This document shows positions 1 through 30,898 of a DNA stretch of 64,000 bases, piece by piece (the first letter of the stretch is position 1; the number at the start of each line of letters is the position of its first letter). The translations under genes were made by a program, and so were the position numbers. The DNA comes from Octopus sinensis. Its lineage: Eukaryota. A model generated the notes under the pieces. That model made no database searches, had not been told where the DNA came from, and saw nothing but the letters and a program-made list of their open reading frames with translations. The stretch spans positions 19,096,001 through 19,160,000 of the forward strand of contig NC_043022.1 in NCBI RefSeq assembly GCF_006345805.1, given 5' to 3'.

Positions 1-1484
1 GTGATGTACTCCATTAGTTTGGAGTCTTTGGTGTCTATCGCTGATAGCATTGTTTTTGTGGTGTTGGTGCTTGTTTTGTTGTGTGTGGAGTTTTCAGGGT
101 TCAGGTATCTCCCTGCTTTGGTTGCGATTCTTGTTTGGTTTTTCTTGATCTTTTTCTTTTACAACCCCCTGTGGCTATTTGCCATTCTGTCGAACTTTCA
201 TCGTTAGATGAAAAGTCTGACGAATCAGCAGGGGGCAAGGGTAAAGCGTCTGGGTGTGTTTGTGCGGTTGTAGATATTGTTGTGGTGCGCGGGGAGGGTG
301 TTGCTGGGGGGTTTGTTGTGGTTATTGTCTCTCCTACATCCTTGGTGCTTGTCTTCTTCGTTGTTATTCTTGGTGTTGGAATTGGTTTATTTGTTGTGGT
401 GGTGATGATTCTGTTCTTCGCGCTGGTGTTGGTTTGTTTGGTTGGGTTGGCTTGTTCTTTGTTGTTTTTCCTGCATTTCCGCATACAGCTTCTTGACTAG
501 CTGTCCATATTGTGGTGTGGGCAATAATGCTGGCTTTTGTGATTTTTCCTGTGGCTGTTGTTGTTGTTGTAATTTTGCGGCAGATTTGCACTCCTTTTTG
601 AGGTGTGCCTCACTGCAACATGTACAGCATCGTGGCCTTCTGCCCTCGACTACTACGTATAACTTGCGGCCATCCTCAAGATGCACGTGGGTGGGGATTT
701 TATTTATGTCCTCTTGACTTATGTGGAAGAGGAACTCTATTCTCTTTCCCAGCCAGTCCTTGTTTTCCGAAACACCGATATCTAGGATGTTTAAGTCCTC
801 CATTTCGGATGTTAAGGCGGATGTTATCCACAGTGTTGTAGTCACTTGGGGGACACCACTGATAATGACCTTCGTCACCTTCTGGCCGAGGTAACTCGGT
901 GTCATCGTTAGTTCATCAGAATGAAGGGTTATCGTTGAGAATTTCTTCGCCAACTCTTCATTCTGAAAAACCACCTGTACGTGTGCGAACTTGTTCGCCC
1001 AAGTCACAACAATCCTTGTATCCCCAAGTCACACAATCCTGTCTGTGCTTGCCTTTTCTGGACTTTTAGTTTTTTTATTTGTGATTTTATATACAATTGT
1101 CTTTTTTTTCTCCTCTTTCAGTATGTGTTGAGGTATGTGTAAGAGTATTTTTCCGTTTTCATTTGTAATAAGGTTTCTGCAAACTTTAATCTGTTGTGTA
1201 GTAAACGAAACTTTTGTTACCTTTTCTTTTATCGCCTCGGCGAAGTTTGTTGTTGTTTTGTTATTGTTGTTACTGCCGGTGGTGTTGGTGTTGATGGCAG
1301 GGGTGTGGGTTGTAGGTTTGTGGTTGCTGATTATGCAACTAGCAAGGGGTGGAAAATTGCCTGCGTAATTTAGTCCTGCATTAGCGCAAATTTCGACATT
1401 TCGTTTGCTTGTCGTCGTTATTTTTTCACTTGGTGATGGAGTGAGCAGTGTTGAAGGGAATTGTTGTTGTCGTCGTCGTCGTCG

Positions 1485-1567
<83 letters not shown>

Positions 1568-2140
1568 ATTGTCGTTCTTGGTGACGGCGGTGGTGTTAGT
1601 GGTGTTAGTAGCATTGACGGCACGGTCTTTGGTGGCGGTGATGGTGATGTTGGTATTGTTATTGGTGGCGATGTCTTTAGTAGGGATAGCAGTTTTAGTA
1701 GCAGATTCTGCCATGGTGTTGTTGTCGGTGTTGGTGGTGGTGGACTCACTGATGGTGTTGACGGTGCTTGGCCTTGCGACCTTTGTTTTGTATTTGTTGT
1801 TGTTGTCGATGTTGATGGTGGTGGAGGTGGTGTTGTCAGGTTCAGCGTATGCTAACAGAGCATCCTGTTTTTTCTGTCTCTGCGTCACGCTTGACTTGCA
1901 CCTCAGCCTCGTGGTGACCAGTGGCCATTTTGGAAATAAAATGGCTAAATGAAACCACGAAGGCTATGAGAATTTTTTCTTTTAAATTTTGCCCACAAGG
2001 GCAAAATTTTGTGTAGTATTTATCAAAGGTTTTGCAGTGGATGTTGTTGCACACTTTTAACACAAAATAATTTGTCAATATACACTTTTGAACGTACAAA
2101 ATACCAACTTACGTGGAGCCCATTTGACTTTGCGTCTGTC
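1..2140 (-). mobile_element. Tx1/L1-clade LINE, 5' part (5'UTR + degenerate ORF1), runs off window start
   Basis: ORF 387-1007(-) has an RRM-like segment (KFAHVQVVF) and a gag zinc knuckle CCTC-CSEA-H-LKKE-C. The 5'UTR (GGCTCCACGTAAGTTGG, ATG at 1928) is similar to that of the element at 2335-8385. Confidence 0.85.
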
Positions 2141-2149
2141 TGTCCAGAA

Positions 2150-2270
2150 GAGAGAGAGAAGAGAGAGAGAGATAGAGATAGATAGATAGAGATAGATAGA
2201 GTAGATCGATAGAGATAGATAGATAGAGATAAGAGAGATAGATAGATAGATGATAGAGATATATAGATAG

Positions 2271-2301
<31 letters not shown>

Positions 2302-2334
2302 CTAGATAGATAGATAGATAGATATAGATAGATA

Positions 2335-2335
<1 letters not shown>
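2150..2335. repeat. (GA)n/(GATA)n microsatellite separating two head-to-tail Tx1 elements
   Basis: Direct reading of sequence. Confidence 0.95.
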
Positions 2336-8545
<6,210 letters not shown>

Positions 8546-9084
8546 GGGTAGAGGGAAAGAGAGAGAAAGAAGGGGAATCCACTCGTTTTATTTTATTTAC
8601 TGATTGATTTTTCAAATTGTTAATTTCCAAATATTATACCATTTTCATAATATTTTCATGCAGAACTACACTTTATCAAAATATTCCCTCCAAAATTGAA
8701 TGTTTGGAAGGGGTATATTCTGAATATAACTCAAGGAGGAGAAAAAGAAAGGGAAGTAAAAGGAAAAAGGAACGGAAGAGAAGGGAAAGAAAGAAGAGAG
8801 AGAAAAGACAAAAAGAAAAAAGACTTACAGTGATGACCAAACCACACCTTTTTTTTTTCTTTTTTAAGGGGTCACCATCCTTAAACCCATTCCAATACAA
8901 TGGTAAAGGAAAAAATAATTAAATAAATGAATGAATGGAAAATAGGAAGGTGGATACCCCTTCTCTCACTTTTCCTCTACCCATCTGTCTATCACTCTAT
9001 CTATCTATATATCTCTCTACCAACCAACCTACCTACCCACCTATCTATCAATCTATCTATCAGGGTGTCAGCCTATCTATCTAC

Positions 9085-9510
9085 TCTTTACTCTCTTTTA
9101 CTCTTTTACTTGTTTCAGTCATTTGAATGTGGCCATGCTGGAGCACCGCCTTTAGTCGAGCAAATCGACCCCAGGACTTATTCTTTGTAAACCTAGTACT
9201 TATTCTATCGGTCTCTTTTGCCGAATCGCTAAGTTACAGGGACGTAAACACACCAGCATCGGTTGTCAAGTGATGTTGGGGGTACAAACACAGACACACA
9301 AACATACACACACAAACACACACACACACATATATATATACATATATACGACAAGCTTCTTACAGTTTCCGTCTACCAAATCCACTCACAAGGCTTTGGT
9401 CGGCACGAGGGTGTAGTAGAAGACACTTGCCCAAGGTGCCACGCAGTGGGACTGAACCCAGAACCATGTGGTTGGTAGGCAAACTACTTACCACACAGCC
9501 ACTCCTACAC
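9085..9510 (-). mobile_element. tRNA-type SINE, family A (head GGCGCAGGAGTGGCTGTGTGGTAAG; tail CAGTCAAATGACTGAAACAAGTAAAAGAG)
   Basis: Near-identical copies at 31560-32010(-), 42716-43138(+), 43605-43990(+), 58618-59025(+) and 59200-59640(-). tRNA-like head with GGTTCAGTCCC B-box-like motif and an internal (TA/TG)n. Confidence 0.85.
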
Positions 9511-9579
9511 CTATATTTCTATCTCTCTATCTTTCTATCTATCTATGTATCTATGTATCTATGTATCTATGTATCTATG

Positions 9580-9639
<60 letters not shown>

Positions 9640-10097
9640 ATCTATCTATCTATCTATCTATCTATCCATCTATCAGCCTATCTACCTACCTATATTTCTA
9701 TTTATCCATCTCCATTGCCTTGGAGCTTCACCAAAAAGAAAAAAAATCGGAAACAATGTTCTCTTCTAAACAAAACCATCCCAAAACATCTGCTATATAA
9801 TAATGAACAAGCTATTTGTACATTCACAAAATTGTATTTAACAAGTTCTGGAGACGATCGAAAGCGCTAATAATAATGAAAAAATTTTTTTTAATTGTTG
9901 CCAGAATTCTGATGACTTTTTCTCAATATTCAATTCTGTACATCACACCAAACACTCTACACATACAGGCACACACACACATACACAGATATATATATCA
10001 TGGTGATCGCTTATAAGCTATAAGCTTGTAAAAGAAATTATTATTATTATATTTACAGAATAATAGAAATCGACACTGCTTACCAAAAAACCATCGC

Positions 10098-10125
10098 ATA
10101 TATATGTATATATATGTATATACAT

Positions 10126-10178
<53 letters not shown>

Positions 10179-10328
10179 ATATATATATATATATAATACA
10201 TATATATATATATATAATACATATATATATAATATAATATATTATATATATATATATATATAATATACATATATATATATATAATATAATATATATATAT
10301 ATATATAGTATATATATATATATATATA

Positions 10329-10360
<32 letters not shown>

Positions 10361-10528
10361 TATATATATATATAACACATATATATATATATAATACACA
10401 TATATATATATATATATATACACATATATATATACATATTATATACATATATATATATAATATATATATACATATATATAATATATATATACATACATAT
10501 ATACATATATATATACATATATATATAC

Positions 10529-10607
<79 letters not shown>

Positions 10608-10612
10608 ATATA
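10098..10612. repeat. Imperfect (TA)n microsatellite
   Basis: Direct reading. It is the source of the spurious YIYI ORFs. Confidence 0.95.
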
Positions 10613-10799
10613 CCGGAGTAAACACATAAATGTGAAACAAGGTGGAAAAAAGAGTACTCAAATACCAGTGGTAGAGTAATATGCTTTATTTAAAGCAGCA
10701 GAAAATTCAACAAAATTTAGCAAACACTGTCCGACGAATGGCAACGTGAAACTCAGAGTAACAGGTTTTGTTGAATTTTCTGCTGCTTTAAATAAAGTA
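10613..10799. repeat. Penelope-type terminal remnant forming an about 32-bp inverted repeat around a hammerhead motif
   Basis: TTTATTTAAAGCAGCAGAAAATTCAACAAAA (about 10685-10715) and its reverse complement (about 10766-10797). Confidence 0.75.
10727..10764 (+). ncRNA. Minimal type-I hammerhead ribozyme motif (core variant CCGACGA)
   Basis: ctgt-CCGACGA-atg[gcaa]cgt-GAAA-ctcaga-gt-A/acag. Stem I is ctgt/acag, stem II has a GNRA loop, and stem III is the near-palindrome ACTC-A-GAGT. Confidence 0.6.
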
Positions 10800-10832
10800 T
10801 ATATATATATATATATAATATATATATATATA

Positions 10833-10866
<34 letters not shown>

Positions 10867-10867
10867 T

Positions 10868-10914
<47 letters not shown>

Positions 10915-10957
10915 GTGTGTATATATATGTGTGTATATATATGTGTGTATGTGTATG

Positions 10958-11004
<47 letters not shown>

Positions 11005-11005
11005 C

Positions 11006-11040
<35 letters not shown>

Positions 11041-11358
11041 GTTCAAATTTACAGAAAACAAAAGACGAAGATAGATTTAAGAACAACAAGCAGGAATATT
11101 AGTTTAACGTTAGGGTAGATTGGAAAAGCCTTTTACGTTTCGGCAGAAAGTATTATGAGGGGGTGGGTGGAGAGAGAATTTTAAAAAACGGTAAGTGAAA
11201 AATGCGCAGAGATCAACGGTCCAACATGGCGCGATGACTGGAAAAAAAGAGGCTGAATGAAAAGGAAATAATAATAAAAATAATAACGGTAACAGTGACC
11301 CCAACGAACTAAGGTGCGCAAACACGTGTATATGTGAGAATGGTGTGTGGTGTGTGTG

Positions 11359-11400
<42 letters not shown>

Positions 11401-11572
11401 ACTCCAAGAAAGTTAGAGGTTATGAATCCAACCTACTAAGGGATAATATCTATCCAATATACTGCTGGTAGAATACCCAATTATTAATACACAAGTGTTT
11501 TTATTGCATTGTAATTACATTACCTAGTGTACTAAATGGGTGAAGGTAAGATATTTTACCATTAATTTATAG

Positions 11573-11697
11573 AGCAATTAGAAAATAGAGGGGATCAATA
11601 GATGGTTCATCAACTTTTAGACATTATATTACGTTAACTTATTTAATGCTTAAAAGTTGATGAACTACCTATTGATCCCCTCCATTTTCTTATTGCT
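11573..11697. repeat. About 47-bp inverted repeat (11573-11619 / 11651-11697)
   Basis: AGCAATTAGAAAATAGAGGGGATCAATAGATGGTTCATCAACTTTTA versus TAAAAGTTGATGAACTACCTATTGATCCCCTCCATTTTCTTATTGCT. Confidence 0.85.
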
Positions 11698-12057
11698 TTT
11701 CCATCTACTATGTATTGTGAATAGCAGAATGCACATATTCTTTTATTGGCATTATTAATAATAATAATATTATTAATAGCCTTTTGTAATGTAATACAAT
11801 GAACTCTGGACTTTGTATATGTACACTTTGATGTGGATATATATATATGTATATTCTAATATATAGATTTGATTAACTGTAACCTTATTTGTATGTATAT
11901 TATTATATATGTACTTATATATATGTATATGTAGGTGTATATACACTTATATGTATATGTATATATCTATATATACTTATTCTTGTATATGTGTACCTTC
12001 TCTAATCATATTTGCACTTTATATCTTCATTTTATACCTTTATAATTCTACTTTATA

Positions 12058-12183
12058 ATCTCTGACGAGGCCTTGAGATATATATATAAGTAACTCATTT
12101 ATAACTGCATATTACCTCAATACATCTGACTAATATGAGCATAATGAGATACTCTTATCTACAGGCTGAAACAGCTGTAAGAT
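12058..12183 (+). ncRNA. Type-I hammerhead ribozyme motif with long stem II insertion
   Basis: atct-CTGACGA-ggcc...ggct-GAAA-C-AGCT-G-T-A/agat. Canonical core, 4-bp stem I and the palindromic tetraloop stem III typical of Penelope hammerheads. Confidence 0.72.
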
Positions 12184-12366
12184 CCATTTTATATTTATAT
12201 GTATTGTTCTTATGCTATTATCTTACTTATTGATGTGTACTGTTTTATTCTGTATTATTCTGTTTGATCTGGATGTTCCAAAATAATTAGTTAATAATTA
12301 TATGAATTGTATTATCTAGTAGTTGATGATTGAAAGAAATCTATTCCTCCATTTTCTTATTTTGTG

Positions 12367-12437
<71 letters not shown>

Positions 12438-12844
12438 AGACTGAACACCTCAAAATATTATATTTATAAATTTCTTTCCCGAATAAGAGGATTGGCACAC
12501 TTAGCTCTCTAGGTCACAAGGAAAATTAAACACACACATTCTGTTTTTGTGTGTATATTTGCCCCCACCATCCCGTGACGACCGGCGTTAGTGTGTTTGT
12601 GTCTCCATAACGTAGTATTTCGGCAAGAAAGACCAGCAGAATACATAACCAGGCTTTAAAAAAATAATTACTTGAGTGGATTTTTTTGACTGAAATTCTG
12701 CAAGGCAGACCGAAACAAGCATATAAAATATACATAAACGACCGAAACAAGCATATAAAATATACATAAACGCATTCATACATATATACATACATACAGA
12801 TAGACAGACAAACAGACCGATAAATAGATAGATAGAATTATCAT

Positions 12845-13310
12845 TATTTAGTGAGAGAGTAGCACATGCCATCATAGTGACACTGGGGTACAAATATACG
12901 AAGCCCAGTATACCCATCATGACTACCCGTCTGATAAAAGTACACCAGGCCCATACATCAAGAACATGGTGATCTCATATCAAGATAAGCACCGCATGAC
13001 CTTGCAGGTGGGACCGAGTCAGAATTTTCTACAGGCCGAGTAGCCCATCCCACTCGAATGATCCTTGAATAAGGTTTTTTGTTTTAAGGATGATGAACGA
13101 AACACACATATTTCCAAAGGTGAATTATTCAAACTCCAAAGAATTCTTCTCAACACACGTTTATGATGCTCCCCCACTACTTTTGCTCGTGATCAGAGGT
13201 GCTCAACTGGTTAAGGTCAAACAACTGACAAGCAAATCTGTGGTATTGAGCAGAATATTTGCTGTAGCCCTTCTTTAATACCAAGGCAAAACAATGTAGA
13301 GAGAGCCACT
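12845..13310 (+). mobile_element. Interspersed repeat family E (GTGAGAGAGCAGTGCATGCCATCAAAGTGACACTGGGG...)
   Basis: Homologous copies at 46770-47058(-), 49479-49900, 55386-56190 and 61148-61700. Class not determined. Confidence 0.8.
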
Positions 13311-13324
13311 GCCTGTATGATTAT

Positions 13325-13617
13325 TATTAGAGCGTCGAGCTTACGATCGTGAGGTTGTGAGCTCGAATCCCGGACCGGGCCGCGTGTTGTGTTCTTGAGC
13401 AAGACACTTTATTTCACGTTGCTCCAGTTCACTCAGCTGTAGAAATGAGTTGCGACGTCACAGGTGCCAAGCTGTATCGGCCCTTGCCTTTCCCTTGGAC
13501 AACATCGGTGACGTGGAGAGGGGAGGCCGGTATACATGGGCGACTGCTGGTCTTCCATAAAAAACAACCTTGCCCAGACTTGTGCCTCGGAGGGTAACTC
13601 TCTAAGTGCAAACCCAT
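13325..13617 (+). mobile_element. tRNA-type SINE, family D
   Basis: Head TTAGAGCGTCGAGCTTACGATCGTGAGGTTGTGAGCTCGAATCCCGG. Homologue at 34075-34365(-) and a head fragment at about 58310. Confidence 0.75.
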
Positions 13618-13949
<332 letters not shown>

Positions 13950-13950
<1 letters not shown>

Positions 13951-14055
13951 ATTAAATAAGTACCAGTTACGCACTGGGGTCGATATAATCGACTTATTCC
14001 GTTTATCTGTCCTTGTTTGTCCCCTCTGTGTTTAGCCCCTTGTGGGTAGTAAAGA

Positions 14056-14058
<3 letters not shown>
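13950..14058 (+). mobile_element. SINE family B, 3' part
   Basis: Matches the tails of copies at 25233-25450(-), 29765-30060(-) and 60770-61085(+). Ends TTTAGCCCCTTGTGGGTAGTAAAGAAATA followed by (TAA)n. Confidence 0.8.
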
Positions 14059-14115
<57 letters not shown>

Positions 14116-14119
14116 TAAT

Positions 14120-15645
14120 TCTTTTTATTGGCCACAAGGGCTGACAAATATGATTAGAAAACATAAAGGGACAAAACAGGACGACAGGTTATAAAAGGTT
14201 TTGTTCGTTTGTGAAAAAATCGTGTAAAAACAGTGTAACAATCAAATAATATAACAACGAAAAACTCCCAATAGGGGGAGGCGTTACGAAAGGTTCCTGG
14301 TGGGAAAACCCATAAAAGCCAACGGGATCCTGATCAAAAAGAGGGGTAGAGAGCCCCTTTCTCCTTTTATAACACCTTTTTCAATTACAAGCGAAACCTG
14401 AGAATTGGTCCATTTATACTGGCCATTCTTGCACAATTCACCCACCTTTCAGAAAACTTTCTATCAGACAGTACTCTCCTCTCTAACCTCATCTTCCTTT
14501 TCAAGTGAAACTTGAAAAAGTTGATGAGGCCTTGACCAAAGAGGAAAGTGTCTGACCATAGCTCTTTCAAACGGGTCCACCATACAACCTCTTTCGCCAC
14601 AGGAAAACGGGACAGGAAAACGGCCTTGCCCTCCTTGTTAAAGGAGGTCGGCGGAGCAATCTTCACTATGGATTCAGCTGATAGCCGGATCCGTCCTATA
14701 CGTGACAGTAGCTGTTCGACATAAACCCATAGTTCAGCAATACTCGGGCACTGGACGAGTGCGTGCAGAACAGTTTCGTCGTCCTGGCAACACCTCGGGC
14801 AAGCCCGGCTGACGGCACTTCCGTGCCGGTAGAGTTTATCCCGAACAGGCAGAGCCTCTCGGTAGCACTGTCAGGCGAGCGACCTCTGGAAATTATCCAT
14901 TGGCCCCGGCCCGAAAGTCCTTCCGAACAGACCGCTCAGTTCGTTATTATCAACGCCTAGAGTTTCCCCGCGAACATCGTCGCATTTTGCCTCCACTAAC
15001 CCTCTATAGAACGCTAGAGTGGAACTAAAACCGATCGCATTGCCCGCTTGGCGGAGGGCGGAGAGAGCTTGACGGCACTCGAGGTGCCAAGCGCCCTTTC
15101 TCGGTCTACGTTTGATCCAGGTCTGCAGCTCTGTCAAAGAGACGAGTTGCAGAAAGTCGCGTCTGACAAAAGACGACCACACCTGTTCACCGTCTAGGAA
15201 ACGCTTGAGATGTCGCAGCCTGAGTGCATGTCTGCGCATCAGTAACCACGGCATGCCAAGGCCTCCGTTCAGCGGTCGTTGACAGCAGATGGATCGCCTG
15301 ACCAGTGGCACCTGACCCTTCCACAAAAAGTCGAAGAGCAGGCGCACCAGCTTGGCCAACCAGCGGTCGGGACAAGGGACGACGGTCAAGCGGTAATAGA
15401 TGACGGATGCTATGTACGCATTCGCCACCTCCGCTCGACCTTTCAGGGACAGCTTCCTCTCGGCCCATTTCTGGGTGAGACGCGCCACCCTGCTCGTCAA
15501 TTCTTCCCAGTTTTTATCCACCGGGAGGTCCGGACCGAACCAGACCCCGGGCAGTTTAACGGGTCCGTCTGTCCAGCGCCCTACGACGCTGTTGGACGGC
15601 ATGGGCCTCTCCAGGTGCCCAGTTGCAAGCCCACAGACTTTTCCG
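14120..15645 (-). mobile_element. 5'-truncated Tx1 LINE (C-terminal ORF2 + 3'UTR)
   Basis: ORFs 14871-15668 and 14385-14666 align with the ORF2 C-terminus of the 2335-8385 element (LSLKGRAEVANAYIASVIYYRLTVVPCP, GPMDNFQRSLAW). The tail CAGCCCTTGTGGCCAATAAA runs into (ATT)n. Confidence 0.88.
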
Positions 15646-16001
15646 CCGAAGTCGACTTTACCCTTCATCCTCTCTTGGTCGATAAAATGAGTACAAGGTG
15701 AACACTATGGTCGATGTAGTCGGCTTATTATTGATATTGTTGTTGTCGTTGTGAATAGTATATATGATAATAACAATTGGCAGATAAAAACAGCCAGAAC
15801 GTTTTTGCAATGATAACCGAAGTGACGGTGATAAATCCACCTCCGGTAGGATAAATTCACACGTTTCGTCACTCTGCCGAAAGCCAATCAAATCATCTCA
15901 AAAATAGTAGTAGTAGTAGTAGTAGTAGTAGTAATAGTGGGGGTGGCTGCTGTGGTAGTCTATAAACTATAAAGTCATTTCCTCATACGCATATGTATGT
16001 A

Positions 16002-16067
<66 letters not shown>

Positions 16068-16155
16068 CGTATATATTCAATATATTCTTACAAATGTATA
16101 CATCTGTGCGTGTGTGTGAATACACATACATATGCATAGATGCATATATATATAT

Positions 16156-16204
<49 letters not shown>

Positions 16205-16315
16205 TATATATATACATATACATATTTATATCTATATCAATATACAAATATAAACCAATAAATCTACATAGATATGGATATATAGATACAGATATATGTG
16301 TGTCTGTTTGTCTGG

Positions 16316-16376
<61 letters not shown>

Positions 16377-16411
16377 TGTCTGTGTGTGTTTGTGTGTGGT
16401 ATAAGTATGTA

Positions 16412-16419
16412 TATATAAA
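16412..16419 (+). promoter_or_regulatory. Putative TATA box of chitin-binding gene 1
   Basis: TATATAAAG about 100 bp upstream of the ATG at 16516, leaving a plausible 5'UTR of about 70 nt. Confidence 0.5.
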
Positions 16420-16515
16420 GAGTGAAGTCGTTTTCACGACAGATGTAGCGGGAAGAAAGCCGCGTGACACACAAGACCTCAGGTTGAAATTTCATATTTT
16501 CCCTCAGACAAAATC

Positions 16516-28163
<11,648 letters not shown>

Positions 28164-28218
28164 AATCCAGCCGAACACACACACACACACACACACAGAT
28201 CATTTATGAACATTCAGT

Positions 28219-28224
28219 AATAAA
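28219..28224 (+). terminator. Putative polyadenylation signal of gene 1
   Basis: AATAAA 55 nt after the stop, followed by a U/GU-rich tract (ttgttttcttttcttttgg...ttgttg). Confidence 0.55.
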
Positions 28225-28794
28225 ATCAGATACTTTATTACAAAATTTAATATTTTCAGCATTGTTTTCTTTTCTTTTGGCAATTGTTGTTGTTGTTGTT
28301 GGTATTGTTGTTATTTACTTTTAATCTGCATATTTGTTGCAATCGCTTCCTGGAACACATCCATCGTCCTATGGTAAGTGAAGGATAGGAGATGTTAGAA
28401 TATAACTGAAAGCTTGAAGAGAGGAAGTGGCAGGGACAGTAGCGAAATAGCTCCATGTTATACAACACAGAGTGGAGGCACATGGCCTAGTGGTTAGAGC
28501 TTCGGACTCGCGGTCGAGGGATTACGGGTTCGAATCTCAGACTGGGCGATGTGTGTGTTTATGAGCTTTTATGATAATCAGAACGTATGAAAGGATTTAC
28601 TAAAAATCTGAAAGCAAGCATGGATTTTCAGGACAAAATTATGAAAATGCATTGGACAGGCAAAGGATTAAATAGCAGTTAAATAAGACTAGTTATTCCT
28701 TCAGAAATAGCTTAATCTTTTGACTTTCCTGTGCATCATATACGAAGGGGTACTCAAAAGAAATCGGAATTTTGCAATAATATTTTATTCATTT

Positions 28795-29095
28795 GTGGAG
28801 GCACATGGCCTAGTGGTTAGAGCAGCGGACTTGCGGTCGAGGGATCGCGAGTTCGAGTCTGAGACCGGGCGATGTGTGTGTTTATGAGCGAAACACCTAA
28901 TCTCCATGCGGCTCCGGCAGAAGGTAATGGTGAACTTCTGCTGACTCTTTCGCCACAACTTTCTCTCACTCTTTCCTCCTGCATCTTGCAGCTCACCTGC
29001 GACGGACCGGCATACAGTCCAGGTAGGGAACCTATACGCCAAGGAAACAGGGAAACCGGCCCTTATGAGCCAGGCATGGCTCGAGAAGGAACAAA
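28795..29095 (+). mobile_element. tRNA-type SINE family C (GTGGAGGCACATGGCCTAGTGGTTAGAGCAGCGGACT...)
   Basis: A-box and B-box-like motifs (TGGTTAGAGC, GGTTCGA). Homologues at 28470-28565 and 35933-36234(-). Confidence 0.85.
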
Positions 29096-29149
29096 AAAAA
29101 TGCAACACAGACATTTAAATAGATAGGGTTTTTCTAAGTATGTACTTAG

Positions 29150-29450
29150 CACAATCTTTTAGATTTCTTTGAGGCATGATTCTCCTAGGATGTTGTCGAT
29201 GTGTTTCTGACATCTCTTCTTTATCATACCAAGGGCACCTACAATAACAGGAACAGTTCTCGCTTTAAGATGCCACATCTTTTGTTTTTCAATTTCCAAG
29301 TCCTTATAAGGACTAAGTTTGTCAAATTCCGTTGCAGATATATTTTTATCTGTGGGAACACTTCTGTTAGTGTACAAGTATTTTCTTTCCTATTTTTAAT
29401 ATCTATGTCTGGTCGATTAGCCAGGCTCATTCTGTAGGTTTTGACTGGAA
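29150..29450 (-). mobile_element. Degenerate R4/Dong-like RLE 3' fragment
   Basis: HWDFPV..ANRPDI..EFDKLSPYKDL..KMWHLKARTVPVIVGALGMIKK, homologous to ORF 47195-48007. Confidence 0.8.
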
Positions 29451-30494
29451 AATCCCAATGTATGATAACATTTTTTACCTTGAACGACTGGCTCAATATG
29501 ATGTTCATACCAGTAAGTAGGAGTACTGATTTTGTAGAGTTCACAAGTAAATACTGTCCTATTCTATCGCAGCGGTTTTTATATTGGTTTGGACATTCCG
29601 AAACAAGATTGTCTGTTCAGTTCTATATTTAAGAGATGAGGAATTATGTACATTATTTATATTCGACAGATATTTGTCCTCATCTTATTTGTTGTTCGGC
29701 TGATATAACCTCCAGCCTTCTTCAGGTGTCTTAGGAATGAAAACCCAGGTTCGAAATTTCCCCTGAACTCAGAACGTAACGGCAGACGAAATACTACTAA
29801 GCATTTCGCCCGGCGTGCTAACATTTCTTATTTCTTTATTGCCTACAAGAAGCTAAACATAGAGGGGACAAACAAGGACAGACAAACGGATTAAGTCGAA
29901 TATATCGACCCCAGTGCGTAACTGGTACTTAATTTATCGAGCCCGAAAGGCTGAAAGGCAAAGTCGACCTCGGCGGAATTTGAACTCAGAACGTAACGAA
30001 AGACGAAATACTGCTAAGCATTTCGCCCGGCCTGCTACCGTTTCTGCCAGCTCGCCGCCTTAAAGCTGGCAATTGTATCTGTTGTATTAACATATTTAGA
30101 TAGAGAAAATATCATTGAAATTAATATATCCAAAATACAAGGTTTTCAAGGGGACTTCACTATGGACTACATACTATCTTCTATTCACAAGGAAATTGTA
30201 TACATTGTTGCTGTTATTGAGGTGGGACAGTGCATAAGGGAGCGTGTATTGATTAGTTTTCTGTGCACAAAGGAAGAGTATATATAATTAGCTTTATTAA
30301 GGATAAACGGCACGGCTCATCAGAGGCCAAAACGCACTGGTCTAGTTTTTCTCCACGAAGTAATTGGATATATAGTATTGCGACAATTAATGTCTCCACT
30401 ACACAGGAAAATCTGATTAGCATAAACAGCGTTTGCTGGCAAGTAGGTCATTTAAATATTGATACATTAGACAGCGAGGTTTGACCAACGTTTG

Positions 30495-30770
30495 GCTGCA
30501 GCTGCTGCTGTTGATGATGATGATGATGATAGGTGGTGATGGTGGTGGTGGTGGTGCTGCTGCTGCTGCTGATGATGATGATGATTGTGTTGATAGTGAT
30601 GGTAGTAGTGATGGTGGTATTGATGGCGGTGGAGGCGGTGGTGGTGGCGGTGGTGCTGCTGCTGCTGATGATGATGACGATGGTGAAAAAGAGGAGGAGT
30701 ACGAGAGATACGGAGTGGGGAAGGGAAGGGAGAAAAGGAACGAAGGGACGAGGTGATGACGACGTACAAC
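30495..30770. repeat. Compound (GAT/GGT/GCT)n trinucleotide tract
   Basis: Direct reading. It generates homopolymer ORFs in several frames. Confidence 0.85.
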
Positions 30771-30791
30771 GATGACATTTACTTCCGCAGA

Positions 30792-30898
<107 letters not shown>

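Noticed and set aside
9791-9960. TATATAA followed by MKKFFLIVARILMTFSQYSILY as a possible first exon of gene 1
   Set aside because: It has an Arg in the hydrophobic core and no phase-1 GT donor. A better exon 1 (Kozak context, donor, completes the cleavage site) exists at 16516.
9998-11118. Long YIYI/ICIY ORFs, and similar MYVC, HTHT and LSIY ORFs elsewhere
   Set aside because: They are translations of (TA)n, (TATG)n, (CA)n and (TATC)n microsatellites.
15645-15730. MKGKVDFGG start of ORF 14871-15668 as a real N-terminus
   Set aside because: It derives from an adjacent SINE-B fragment on the opposite strand fused to the truncated Tx1.
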